Positions 1-9,133 of a stretch of 64,000 bases of DNA are shown in pieces. Position numbers and translations under genes: made by a program. The notes under the pieces were generated by a model. That model saw only the letters and a program-made list of their open reading frames with translations, had not been told where the DNA came from and did no database searches. Source of the DNA: Thermoplasmata archaeon (GTDB lineage: Archaea; Thermoplasmatota; Thermoplasmata; Lutacidiplasmatales; UBA184); assembly GCA_028864975.1 (NCBI GenBank), contig JAGWLG010000006.1, positions 63,878 through 127,877 of the forward strand, written 5' to 3'. Position 1 is the stretch's first letter; each line of letters begins with the position of its first letter.

Positions 1-1
1 C

Positions 2-973
2 GTGGACGGGCTGGTCACGCTGGACGAGCGATCGGTCGAGGGCCTGCCGTTGCGACTGCTCACCGTCCAGAAGATGCGGGGCGCCCAGCGCAGCCACTTC
101 CGGTACCCTTTCACGCTCGACGGGGGGATGTTCCGGACATTATCGCCGTGGGCCCCGCCTCCGCTCTCCCGCGTCGTGCTCCCCGAGCCCGAGCCAGCAT
201 CGGCCGCGAGCCCCGCGAACTCGGACGGGCTCTGGCCCGGATGTCGTGGCTATGCGGACTTCTTCGGGACGCTGGCCCCCGGGCGCCTCACGATCATCGA
301 CCAGGAGTCGACCTGCCCCGCCGAGGCCGGGGAGACGATGATCTATCCCATGGTGGCCCACGTACTTGGGCAGGGGGGACAGGCGCTGTTCATCCCGCCC
401 CCCGTGACCTCGCCGACGGAGGTGTGGGAGATGCTGCAGAGCACGGTCCCGCGCGAGCGGCTCGTCGAGCAGCTCAAGATCGTGGTCGGCAAGCTGGAGC
501 CCGCGCTCTTGGACGACCATCTGAGCGCCTTGACGCCGCTGGCCGCAGGTCCGAGCGGCTTAGGGGCGGGCGAGGAGTCCGAGGGGGTTCTGGTGGGAGG
601 ACGGACCCGCTCCCCCTCCACGCTCCGCAGGTTCCTTGGATCGATGGCCGAACGTCCTTCGACCAGCCTGGTCGTGGCGGAACTAGCGGGCATCGAGTCC
701 CTGCTCTCTTCCCTCGAGGGGACCCCCTTGTCGTCCGGCGACCTGCCGGTGGTCCTTCGTCGGGTCCTGCTGCGGCGAGGGATGCATGCGGTCATCCTGG
801 GGGACGGCAACGACTCGCGCTTCCGTGCCCTACGACCCATCGCCCACCGTGAGCTCAGCGTTCGTCTTCACGAAGGTCAGGTCTACGTGTACGGGGTGCG
901 TCCTCGAACGCTCCTCCTAGGACTAAGTCACGGAACGGGGATCTCCCCCTACGAGCTCATTCGGATGGCGTGA
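2..973 (+). CDS. KaiC/RAD55-like (GvpD-like) RecA-fold ATPase-domain protein, 5' truncated by window edge
   Basis: LTVQKMRGAQRSHFRYPFTLDGGMF resembles the KaiC/GvpD 'l.i.KlRG....y.FTl.gG.F' motif. It is followed by a degenerate second RecA-like domain ending VYGVRPRT. The frame is open to the window edge. Confidence 0.6.
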   Translation: MDGLVTLDERSVEGLPLRLLTVQKMRGAQRSHFRYPFTLDGGMFRTLSPWAPPPLSRVVLPEPEPASAASPANSDGLWPGCRGYADFFGTLAPGRLTIIDQESTCPAEAGETMIYPMVAHVLGQGGQALFIPPPVTSPTEVWEMLQSTVPRERLVEQLKIVVGKLEPALLDDHLSALTPLAAGPSGLGAGEESEGVLVGGRTRSPSTLRRFLGSMAERPSTSLVVAELAGIESLLSSLEGTPLSSGDLPVVLRRVLLRRGMHAVILGDGNDSRFRALRPIAHRELSVRLHEGQVYVYGVRPRTLLLGLSHGTGISPYELIRMA

Positions 974-1277
974 GGGGAAACTCGAAACCCACGCGCGGAG
1001 GGGCCCTCGTGGCCGACGACGTCCGTCCGACAGCGCTCGAGTTCGGCCCGTCCCGCTCGCCGCGGACCCGCCTCGGGACGTGCCCTCCCCCTCCCCCATA
1101 CCCCTACCCCTACTCCGCGCGCGCGAACGGGCGGGGGGGGGTTCTGAACCGGACCTCGGCTTCGAGTGTTCACCTCGGCTTAAACGTCCCGGGTCGGGTG
1201 GATGGAGGTAGCGATCGAAGCGAACGTGGAAGAGAAGCCGAACGAAACAACGAGATCAAGAAGGAGATCAAGAGACC

Positions 1278-1424
1278 ATGAGCGCCATGTTGAACCTGGT
1301 GGGACTGCTGACCCTACTGTCGATGAGCGCCGTACTGCTGAACGGGGCGGGGATACCGGTCGGGGCTATCGCCCACGCGACCGCGGGATATCTCCAAGGG
1401 CTCCTCCCGTGGAACCTCCCGTAA
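1278..1424 (+). CDS. small hydrophobic protein, 48 aa (MSAMLNLVGLLTLLSMSAVLLNGAGIPVGAIAHATAGYLQGLLPWNLP)
   Basis: Read manually; it is below the ORF-track cutoff. ATG at 1278, TAA at 1422-1424, AAGGAG SD-like motif upstream, long hydrophobic N-terminal stretch. Confidence 0.4.
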   Translation: MSAMLNLVGLLTLLSMSAVLLNGAGIPVGAIAHATAGYLQGLLPWNLP

Positions 1425-1462
1425 GGGACGCAAGACGGGGTCGACCGGACCGCGCTTCCGGT

Positions 1463-1756
1463 CTATTCGGAGGGCGGGGGAGTGACGGGCTTCGGGGCCC
1501 CCCGAAGCGCCGGGTGTTCCCTGGGGGCTGTTCCCGGAGGCATCCCGCTCGCCCCCTCCACGATGTCGAGGTCCTGCCAGTTCACCCCGACGGTGACGAC
1601 GTGGAACCTGACCTTGAGCGTGTAGTTGGCGAGCTTCCCTACGACCAACCCTTCGGTCCCCTCGACCAAGCCAGGGTTCATGACCGTCAGGTCCTTGGTG
1701 AGACGAACTCGCGTCTCCCCAAACTTGACACGAGCCAGCTCACTTCGATCCTTCAT
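1463..1756 (-). CDS. hypothetical protein (~97 aa, beta-rich, possibly SH3-like)
   Basis: Protein-like composition from MKDRSEL onward (RVRLTKDL...GTEGLVVG...LKVRF...VGVNWQDLDIV). The upstream part of the track ORF overlaps a + strand gene. Confidence 0.5.
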   Translation of the reverse strand: MKDRSELARVKFGETRVRLTKDLTVMNPGLVEGTEGLVVGKLANYTLKVRFHVVTVGVNWQDLDIVEGASGMPPGTAPREHPALRGAPKPVTPPPSE

Positions 1757-1879
1757 GCTCGGGCGGCTGCCTACCTCGCCTTTAACCCTTTCTTCGCCGA
1801 GGGAGGCGGCTCGGTCGAGGATTGCGAGCGCCGAAAGCCCTTTTATGAACCCCCCCTTCGCCGCTCGGGTAGCATCCTT

Positions 1880-2077
1880 ATGACGGAGGCGGTCCGCAGG
1901 ACCGACAAGACGGTCCACCTCCGGATCGACCCGCATGACGAAACCACCACCCTTGAGGACGTCCTCTCCAAGATCACCGAGCTCCAGCGCAAGCACCCCG
2001 ATCGTGAGGTCTTCTTCGACGGGGACGAGTACGCGATCTGCTCCCGCCCCAAGCGTCTCCGTCGTCCCGCACGCTGA
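1880..2077 (+). CDS. small hypothetical protein (65 aa)
   Basis: MTEAVRRTDKTVHLRIDPHDETTTLEDVLSKITELQRKHPDREVFFDGDEYAIC has globular-protein composition and lies directly upstream of tpiA. Confidence 0.55.
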   Translation: MTEAVRRTDKTVHLRIDPHDETTTLEDVLSKITELQRKHPDREVFFDGDEYAICSRPKRLRRPAR

Positions 2078-2774
2078 CCCCACGGCTCCCCTAGGCGCCC
2101 CCCTGCTGCTCCTGAATCTCAAGGCCTACACCGGTTGTCTCGGTCCCGGGGCGATGCGGATGGCCCGGTCGCTGGAGAAGCTCGGGCAGGAGCACCAGGT
2201 GGCCGTGGCCATTGCCGCCGCTGCCCCCGACCTGGGGACGCTCGCCGAAGCGGTCTCCATCCCGGTCCTCGCTCAGCACGCCGACAACCACCCTGCAGGG
2301 GCAAGCACAGGCTGGATGGTCCCGGAGTCGCTCCTCGCCTCCGGGGTCCAGGGCAGCCTGCTCAACCATTCGGAGCATCCCTTGGAACCTCTCGACATGG
2401 CGCTCACGGTGGAGCGGCTCACCGAGGTGGGCCTAACGCCTGTGGTCTGTGCGCGTGAAGAGCAGGAGGCTGCTCTCTTCGCCCAAACGTCACGCCCCCC
2501 ATACTTGGCGGTCGAGCCCCCCGAGCTCATTGGGGGCAAGGTCTCGGTCTCCCGGGCAAGGCCTGACATCATCAGCCATTCGGTGCTTTCCGTCCGCCGT
2601 GCATCGCCCGGCACCCACGTCCTATGCGGCGCGGGAGTGCAGGACGGGGAGGACGTGCGGATCGCCCTCGAGCTGGGAGCGGAGGGGATCCTCGTCGCCA
2701 GCGCGGTAACGACCTCGCCCGACCCTGAGAAAGCGCTGAAGACGCTCCTCTCGGGCTTCAGCGAACGACGCTAG
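2004..2774 (+). CDS. tpiA: triosephosphate isomerase, archaeal type (start uncertain)
   Basis: LLNLKAY (catalytic N/K), LLNHSE (His/Glu), AVEPPELIG (catalytic Glu), GILVASA. The nearest canonical in-frame start is GTG 2004; homology begins near 2100. Confidence 0.9.
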   Translation: MRSSSTGTSTRSAPAPSVSVVPHADPTAPLGAPLLLLNLKAYTGCLGPGAMRMARSLEKLGQEHQVAVAIAAAAPDLGTLAEAVSIPVLAQHADNHPAGASTGWMVPESLLASGVQGSLLNHSEHPLEPLDMALTVERLTEVGLTPVVCAREEQEAALFAQTSRPPYLAVEPPELIGGKVSVSRARPDIISHSVLSVRRASPGTHVLCGAGVQDGEDVRIALELGAEGILVASAVTTSPDPEKALKTLLSGFSERR

Positions 2775-3744
2775 CACGCCTCTTGTCCGGGGCACGGGAC
2801 TCGACGATGGTCCCGGCCGTCCCCTGGAGCGCGTGGGCAAAGTGTTCCGCATCGGTGATCAGGGCCCTCCGCCCGCCGTCGCTGATGAACGAGAGCGCCG
2901 CCTCGACCTTCGGGCGCATACTTCCCTCCCCGAACTCTCCCCCTTCAAGGTACGTACGCAGCTGCGACGCTGCGACACGTCCGAGTCGCCGCTCCCTCGG
3001 GGTTCGGAACCCTATGGAGACATGGTCCACATCGGTCAGGATGGCGAGCTCGTCGGCTCCCAGGGACCGAGCGAGGAGCGCCGCGGTACGGTCCTTGTCG
3101 ATCACCGCCTCCACCCCTTCGAACCGCCCCCCGGCCTTCGCTACGACCGGCACGCCCCCGCCTCCAGCGAGGAGCAGGACCATCCGACGACCGAACCCCT
3201 CTTCCAACATCCGTCGCAGCACCGGTCCTTCTACGATCCGCTGTGGGTGAGGGGATGGGACAACCCGACGCCACCCACCTCGGGCCATGTCGTGGACCAT
3301 CGTCCAGCCCCTCTGCTTGGTCAGCAGTCTGGCCTCGTTGTCCGAGTAGTACCTCCCGATGGGCTTGGTGGGATGCGCGAAAGCCGGGTCCTTCCCGGAA
3401 ACCTCTACCCGTGTCACGACCGGGATCACGGGACGAAGGACCCCGGAGCGGCTCAAGGCGTAGCCGAGCTCCTGCTGGAGGAGGTAGCCGATCCAACCCT
3501 CGGTCGCGGCACCGAGCGCGTCGAGCGGGAGGGGGGCCACCTCCCGCGTGGCCTCCTGTTGGAGCAACAGGTTCCCGACCTGCGGGCCGTTCCCGTGGGT
3601 CAGGATGATCTCGGTGCCTTTCGAGGCCATGCGGGCGAGGGGGGCCACCACGCTCCGGGCGTTCTCCCGCGCCTCCTCCCAGGTCCCCGCCTCGCCCGCC
3701 CGCGAGATGGCGTTCCCCCCGAGGGCCACGACGATGCGGGTCAC
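2758..3744 (-). CDS. arcC: carbamate kinase
   Basis: RIVVALGGNA, THGNGPQVG, PTKPIG, GGWRRVVPSP, GGGGVPV, GVEAVIDKD, GSMRPKVEAA. GTG start at 3744 preceded by GGAGG. Confidence 0.93.
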   Translation of the reverse strand: MTRIVVALGGNAISRAGEAGTWEEARENARSVVAPLARMASKGTEIILTHGNGPQVGNLLLQQEATREVAPLPLDALGAATEGWIGYLLQQELGYALSRSGVLRPVIPVVTRVEVSGKDPAFAHPTKPIGRYYSDNEARLLTKQRGWTMVHDMARGGWRRVVPSPHPQRIVEGPVLRRMLEEGFGRRMVLLLAGGGGVPVVAKAGGRFEGVEAVIDKDRTAALLARSLGADELAILTDVDHVSIGFRTPRERRLGRVAASQLRTYLEGGEFGEGSMRPKVEAALSFISDGGRRALITDAEHFAHALQGTAGTIVESRAPDKRRASVVR

Positions 3745-3780
3745 CCTCTTCCTCCGAGAGCTCCCGCGACCGTCGGGGGG

Positions 3781-3790
3781 GTTAATAAAC
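3781..3790. promoter_or_regulatory. candidate TATA-like element between divergent arcC and purB
   Basis: AT-rich GTTAATAAAC in a 65-bp GC-rich intergenic gap, about 20-35 bp from both starts. Confidence 0.35.
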
Positions 3791-3809
3791 AAGGTCCGTT
3801 CCCGGCGGC

Positions 3810-5192
3810 GTGAAGGGCCCCGAAGAGGACCTGGTCTGTCCCCTGGAGTTCCGTTACGGACCCGAGAAGGTCCGAGCGCTCTTCACTCGCCGTGCGCGAC
3901 TCTCTCGCTGGCTCAGGGTCGAATCGGCTCTCGCCCAGGCCCTCGCGGACGAGAAGCTGATCCCCCCCGACGCCGCCAAGGCGATCGCGCGGGCGGCCAC
4001 CCCAGAGCTCGTCAAGCTCGAGCGCGTGGACGAACTGGAGCGGGAGACCCGCCACGACGTCATGGCCCTCTCTCGTGCGCTCGCCGAGAAGAGCGGCGAG
4101 GGGGCGCGCTGGGTGCACTTCGGGGCGACCTCGAACGACATCCTTGACAGTGCTCTGGGGCTCGAGCTCCAGGAGACCGTTGCGGTCCTCGACACCTACC
4201 TCACCTCGCTCATCGCCGCGCTCCTGGACCAGGGCGAGGCGCATCGAGGGACGGCCATGGTAGGGCGGACGCACGGCCAGCACGCGGTCCCTTTCACGCT
4301 GGGCTACAAGTTGGCCGGCTTTGCGGCCGAGTTCCTCCGGCATCGCACCCGGCTCGGAGAGCTCGCCCCCCGTCTCGCGGTGGGCAAGATGTCCGGGGCG
4401 GTCGGTACGGGCGCCAGCTTCGGTGAGCACGCGTCGGCCGTCGAGGACCGTACGATGAAAGGTCTGGGACTTTCGGCCGAGCCCGCCCCGACGCAGATCG
4501 TGGCGCGCGACCGCCTGGCGGAGCTGGTGAACTGGATCGCCCTGGTTGGCTCGAGCGCGGACCGGCTCGCGACAGAGGTCCGCAACCTCCAGCGGAGCGA
4601 GATCGGGGAGTTGGGCGAACCTTTCGACGAGGTCTCCCAGGTCGGCTCCTCGACCATGGCCCAGAAGCGGAACCCGACGAACGCCGAGAATATCTCGTCC
4701 TTGGCACGGCTCTTGCGGGCCTTCGCAGGGGTCCCCCTTGAGAACATGGTGCAGTGGCATGAGCGGGACCTCGCCAACAGCGCGAACGAACGCATCGTGC
4801 TCCCCCATGCGGTGCTGCTCCTCGCGGAGATGCTGGAACGGCTCACCACCATCGTTCGAGGGCTTCGTGTCGATCCTTCGCGCATGCGAGAGAACCTGGA
4901 GTCGAGCGGCGGCGCGGTGATGGCCGAAGCGCTCCTCCTGGCGATGACGGAGCGGGGGGTGCCCCGGGCGGAGTCGCACGAGGCGGTACGGCAGCTCACG
5001 CGGGCCCTCCCCCACGGGGATGCCCGCGCCCTCCTCGCGCGGGCCCGTGAGAACCAGGCCGTGGCGCGGTGGTTCTCGAAAGGCGAGCTCGAGCGGCTCC
5101 TTGACCCGGAAGCCTACGTGCGGTCCTCCGAGCGGAAGGCCGCCCGCGTCCTGGCCTCTCTACGGAAGGAGCTTGCCCGGCCCTCCCCGTGA
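3810..5192 (+). CDS. purB: adenylosuccinate lyase
   Basis: RHDVMA, VHFGATSNDI, GRTHGQHA, and the fumarase/ASL signature GSSTMAQKRNP. Also WHERDLANSANER. Confidence 0.95.
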   Translation: MKGPEEDLVCPLEFRYGPEKVRALFTRRARLSRWLRVESALAQALADEKLIPPDAAKAIARAATPELVKLERVDELERETRHDVMALSRALAEKSGEGARWVHFGATSNDILDSALGLELQETVAVLDTYLTSLIAALLDQGEAHRGTAMVGRTHGQHAVPFTLGYKLAGFAAEFLRHRTRLGELAPRLAVGKMSGAVGTGASFGEHASAVEDRTMKGLGLSAEPAPTQIVARDRLAELVNWIALVGSSADRLATEVRNLQRSEIGELGEPFDEVSQVGSSTMAQKRNPTNAENISSLARLLRAFAGVPLENMVQWHERDLANSANERIVLPHAVLLLAEMLERLTTIVRGLRVDPSRMRENLESSGGAVMAEALLLAMTERGVPRAESHEAVRQLTRALPHGDARALLARARENQAVARWFSKGELERLLDPEAYVRSSERKAARVLASLRKELARPSP

Positions 5193-5223
5193 GCGGACAG
5201 GTCCGCCCGCGAAGAACGCCGAA

Positions 5224-5487
5224 ATGAAGTGGAGCGCGGAGGTCACCGTCGGCCCGCTGGGGGAGTCGCTCGCGTCAAGACTGGTCGCGACCCTCCTCCC
5301 TGAATCGGGCGACGAAGGAGTTCCTCATACCCGGACCGCGGTCGAGCTCCTTTCTGGAGGCGTCGTCCAGCTACGGTTCCGGGCCGAGACCACATCCGCG
5401 CTGCGCGCGGCGCTCAACGCCCACCTGCGGTGGGTCCAGCTGGCCCTGCGGGTGGACGGGCTCTCCCGCCGCTCTCCGCGGACGTAG
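5224..5487 (+). CDS. pcc1: KEOPS complex subunit Pcc1
   Basis: 87 aa with the motif LRFRAETTSALRAALNAHLRWV (Pcc1 'i.A.d..aLRAa.Ns.lr.i'). Near pfdB, as in the conserved archaeal neighbourhood. Confidence 0.8.
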   Translation: MKWSAEVTVGPLGESLASRLVATLLPESGDEGVPHTRTAVELLSGGVVQLRFRAETTSALRAALNAHLRWVQLALRVDGLSRRSPRT

Positions 5488-5548
5488 AGCCTTCCCCCGC
5501 GTCGGTCCGCGACCTCGGACGAGCGCGGCCTCCGCCCGTTCGCGAGCG

Positions 5549-5926
5549 CTATCGAGAAGGGGTACGGAACGCGGACTCCAGGATGAACAGGATGCCCGCG
5601 ATCACACCGAGGATGGCTCCGATCACCACGATGACGTAGGCTCCGTGGCCCCCCGCAAAGAACCAGGTGATCCCGGAGAGGACGAGAACGACCACGCCCC
5701 CCACGGCCTTGTCCGGTGGCGGATGGGATCGCGCGTACCCCGTAAAGATCAGGATCAGGATACCGAGCACGAAATCGATGATCCCGGAGTAGAGCAGTCC
5801 CACGAGATCGTAGCCGTTCCAGGTGGCGACATCGAGGATCGTCCCGATGAGCGCTCCGAGGAGGACCCCGATGATCACCAACGCTCCGGCGAGGACCCCC
5901 AAGAGCGTCGCCAGGTTGCCGCGCAT
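5549..5926 (-). CDS. small multi-pass membrane protein (about 4 TM)
   Basis: 125 aa, almost entirely hydrophobic Gly-rich helices. Confidence 0.7.
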   Translation of the reverse strand: MRGNLATLLGVLAGALVIIGVLLGALIGTILDVATWNGYDLVGLLYSGIIDFVLGILILIFTGYARSHPPPDKAVGGVVVLVLSGITWFFAGGHGAYVIVVIGAILGVIAGILFILESAFRTPSR

Positions 5927-6033
5927 GACCCTCGACCGCCGACCCGAATGCCCACATCTAGGTTCTGGTCCAAAGGCATGGGAGGCGACGGCCCTCCAAA
6001 TCCTAATTACGGGGGTCCGCTCGAGGCCGCTCG

Positions 6034-6414
6034 ATGGCGATACCCGCGAAGCTCCAGAACGAGATCAAGCAGTTCCAGCGGCTCCAGCAGGAGCTGGCCA
6101 TGCTCGACCAGCAACGGATGCAGCTGGAGATGAAGCTCCGAGAGACCTTGAGCACGCTCGAGGAGCTCAAGTCCGTGCCCGACGACGCTCCCATCTATCG
6201 TCCGGTCGGTGGCCTGCTGGTGAAGGCCACGGGGAAGAAGGAGGTCGAGGACGGCTTGACCGAGGAGAAGGAGACCCTCGAGGTCCGGGTCAAGGGCCAT
6301 GAGCGGAACTTGAACCACCTGCGGGAGCGACTTCAGACCATGCAGAAGGAGCTCACTTCCTCGCTCCAGGCGGCAGGGGTCGCCGTCGACTCCGGCGGCG
6401 AAGAGGCGAGCTAG
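6034..6414 (+). CDS. pfdB: prefoldin subunit beta
   Basis: Coiled-coil protein with LEELKSVPDDAPIYRPVGGLLVK and EEKETLEVRVK. Confidence 0.92.
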   Translation: MAIPAKLQNEIKQFQRLQQELAMLDQQRMQLEMKLRETLSTLEELKSVPDDAPIYRPVGGLLVKATGKKEVEDGLTEEKETLEVRVKGHERNLNHLRERLQTMQKELTSSLQAAGVAVDSGGEEAS

Positions 6415-6470
6415 GGGCGCTCGGCTCGGCGCCCGCGGACCGCCCCCGGGCCTCAGAGGCTCCTCGGACC

Positions 6471-7454
6471 ATGTCTCGTCCCGCGCTGCTCCGCCGGGGC
6501 TCGGGCGTCCGGGTGGTCGCTCCGTCCCGAAGCCTGTCGATCGTGGCCCCAGCGGTACGGGCCATCGCCCTTCGTCGCTACTCGGAGATGGGACTCGAGG
6601 TCTCGTTCGGGCGGCACGTGGAGGAGTCCGACGCCTTCGGATCGACCTCGGTGAAACACCGGGTCGAAGACCTCGTCCGTGCGTTCGAGGACCCTTCCGT
6701 CGAACTCCTTCACACGGTGATCGGGGGCTTCAACGTCAATCAGCTGCTCCGAGAACTGCCCTATCGAACGATCGAACGAAACCCGAAGGCCCTGTGCGGC
6801 TACAGCGACATCACCGCGCTCCAACTCGCGATCCACGCCAAGACCGGTCTCATCAGCTTCAGCGGCCCCCACTATGCGACCTTCGGGATGCTCCGAGGGT
6901 TCGAGTACATCCGGGATCAGTTCCACCGTGCCCTGTTCGACCGGGGCAGCTTTGAGCTGCCAGCCTCGTCGCGATGGAGCGCGGACCCGTGGTACCGCGA
7001 CCAGGTGCATCGGCACTTTCGTGCCAATCGGGGACCCTGGGTCGTCCAGCCCGGGCGTGCCCGAGGGAGGCTGCTGGGCGGCAACCTCTGCACCTTGAAC
7101 TTGCTCCAGGGGACCGAGTTCCTTCCCGACCTCGAAGGTTCCGTCCTGTTCGTCGAGGACTGCGACGACGATGGGACCCCGGTCTACTTTGACCGGAACC
7201 TGCAGTCCGTTCTGCACCTGCCCTCCGCCCGGGGGCTGAGGGGCCTGGTCATCGGACGATTCCAACCTAAGGCGAAGATGACGCGGAAGCTACTGCAGGC
7301 GATCGTCAGGTCAAAGTCCGAACTCGAGGGCCTCCCTGTGGTGGCTGACGTCGACTTCGGCCACACCTACCCGATGTGTACGTTCCCGATCGGAGGTAGG
7401 GTGGAGCTCGAGGCCCGAGGGGGACGCGTGCGGCTCACGCTCAGCGCGACCTGA
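6471..7454 (+). CDS. S66 family peptidase (LD-carboxypeptidase / MccF-like)
   Basis: VVAPS, IGGFN, GYSDITA (Ser), GGNLCTL, LFVED (Glu), DFGHTYP (His). Confidence 0.9.
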   Translation: MSRPALLRRGSGVRVVAPSRSLSIVAPAVRAIALRRYSEMGLEVSFGRHVEESDAFGSTSVKHRVEDLVRAFEDPSVELLHTVIGGFNVNQLLRELPYRTIERNPKALCGYSDITALQLAIHAKTGLISFSGPHYATFGMLRGFEYIRDQFHRALFDRGSFELPASSRWSADPWYRDQVHRHFRANRGPWVVQPGRARGRLLGGNLCTLNLLQGTEFLPDLEGSVLFVEDCDDDGTPVYFDRNLQSVLHLPSARGLRGLVIGRFQPKAKMTRKLLQAIVRSKSELEGLPVVADVDFGHTYPMCTFPIGGRVELEARGGRVRLTLSAT

Positions 7455-7593
7455 CCCGCAGCCTTGACGCGGCTTTGGAGCCGTGAACACTGGGGTAGTG
7501 ACTGGAGCTTGTGCAGGAGGCGGAGGTGGGACAGGGGATGTGGCGGGTCATGCTCGACCCTTCGCCAGTGTGGCGCCGCCTGCGACGAGGCGC

Positions 7594-7884
7594 TTAATCA
7601 GGGAGATCGCGTCGCCAGACCCTGCGATCTGAGGGGGAAAGTCCCGGGCGGCCGGACCATGGTGGTCGGTGGCCGCCGTTCGCCCTCCGTGCGAAGAGGA
7701 ACCCCCTGATTCTGGTCCAAGGGCCTCGAAGGGAGGTCCTGCGATCCGCTGCCTCTACGGGGGGATCCAGCTCCAGCACGTTCGCGAGCCCACCACCGCA
7801 GTATTCGTCGCTCAGGAAGGTCGTGAGCCCATCGTCCATCCGTACGCTTCCGCAGGTCCAGGGACGCCGCGCGTAGTTCGCCAT
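7594..7884 (-). CDS. hypothetical protein (96 aa)
   Basis: ATG preceded by AGGAG/AAGGTG motifs; fills an otherwise empty gap; no recognisable family. Confidence 0.3.
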   Translation of the reverse strand: MANYARRPWTCGSVRMDDGLTTFLSDEYCGGGLANVLELDPPVEAADRRTSLRGPWTRIRGFLFARRANGGHRPPWSGRPGLSPSDRRVWRRDLPD

Positions 7885-7996
7885 GTTCGTGCACCTTAGA
7901 TCTCCTAGGTGCGCGCGGGGTCTTCCACCAGACGCACCGAGGGAGGTCCCGACCCGTGCTCACGACCGGTGAGCCCCGAGAGGACCTACGGGGAGG

Positions 7997-9100
7997 TCAC
8001 TTCTTCCTTTCCGTGAGGACCGTCCCGATGCCCCGCAGCAGGTCCTTGCCCTCAGTGCTGAGTGAGGAGGAGGCGATGCCTCGCTCGGCCTTGGCCACGA
8101 GTTCGCGGATCCGCTTTTCAGAGTAGTCGAAGCTCCCGGCCTCCTCCAACACCGTAAGGGCCTCGTCGAAGGACTCGGGGGAGGCGAGGGCGTTGCCGAG
8201 GACCTTGCTGAGCGCCTCCCGGCCGTCCCGACCGGCGTGGGCCCATCCGTGGACCACGAGGAGAGTGCGCTTACCCTCGTAGAGGTCGTTGGCGCTCTTC
8301 TCCGCCTCTTCTCCAGGGACCTCGCGCGCCCCCAGGATGTCGTCCCTCAGCTGGAACGCGACGCCCAGGTCATCGCCGACGACCTGGAGCATCCTCAGGG
8401 TTGACGTGGAGGCACCGCCCAGGATGGCTCCCATCCTCAGCGGGGAAGAGACCGTGTACACGGCGCTCTTCAGACGGTGGACCGTGAGGACGTCCTGCTC
8501 GCGGACCTTCTGGACCGGGCGGACGCCGTTCAGAACGTCCAACACTTGTCCGAAGGCCGTCGCACGGGTCATCTTCCGGTACTCCTCGAGCAAGGACCGC
8601 ACGCGCCCGTCGGGGCAGCGGCACGAGAGGAACAGGTCCATCGTCGAAGGTTCCAGAAGGTCGCCGAGGGTGATCGCCATGGCTTCGCCGAAGTCGGCGT
8701 CGCTTCCGGACAGCCGACGCGATCCATGGAGCTTGGCGAGCGACACGTGGAGGGTCGGCCCCCCTCGTCGGGTCTCCCCGTGGTCCATGATGTCATCGTG
8801 AATGAGCATCCAGCTCTGGAAGGCCTCGAGCGCGGCGGCGGCAGGGAGCGCTTTGCGGAGCTCCCGACCACCCGCGAGATGGTACCCGGCGAGCAGGAGA
8901 CACGCACGGAATCGCTTGCCGCCCCGGAGCGTGAACTCCTCGACGGCGTCGACGAAGAGCGGTAGGTCCGGGTGAAGCCTTCGCGCCTCCTTCCGCAGCG
9001 CCCGGAAGTGCTGGCGGAGCAGCCCCTCAACGGGCTTGCGCATCGCCAGGAGCTGACCCACGTCCAAGCTTTTCCACCCCCCGGCCGCCTCGACCGCCAC
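7997..9100 (-). CDS. idsA: polyprenyl synthetase (geranylgeranyl diphosphate synthase)
   Basis: RGGKRFR, FARM LIHDDIMD..ETRRG, GQVLD, KSAVYT, SARM FQLRDDIL, DLYEGKRT. Confidence 0.9.
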   Translation of the reverse strand: MAVEAAGGWKSLDVGQLLAMRKPVEGLLRQHFRALRKEARRLHPDLPLFVDAVEEFTLRGGKRFRACLLLAGYHLAGGRELRKALPAAAALEAFQSWMLIHDDIMDHGETRRGGPTLHVSLAKLHGSRRLSGSDADFGEAMAITLGDLLEPSTMDLFLSCRCPDGRVRSLLEEYRKMTRATAFGQVLDVLNGVRPVQKVREQDVLTVHRLKSAVYTVSSPLRMGAILGGASTSTLRMLQVVGDDLGVAFQLRDDILGAREVPGEEAEKSANDLYEGKRTLLVVHGWAHAGRDGREALSKVLGNALASPESFDEALTVLEEAGSFDYSEKRIRELVAKAERGIASSSLSTEGKDLLRGIGTVLTERKK

Positions 9101-9133
9101 CCTCTAATAAAGGGAGCCCGACACCGGAGCTCG

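Noticed and set aside
2758-3744. Carbamate kinase and hutU without their pathway partners nearby
   Set aside because: Scattered pathway genes are common in archaea; partners may lie elsewhere in the genome.
7464-7709. 81-aa TTG-start ORF with several Cys
   Set aside because: Arg/Gly-rich composition with no family motif; it overlaps a slightly better minus-strand candidate.
7630-7720. GAGGGGGAAAGTCC resembling the RNase P RNA 5' conserved motif
   Set aside because: No matching 3' P4 strand or other conserved RNase P elements were found nearby.
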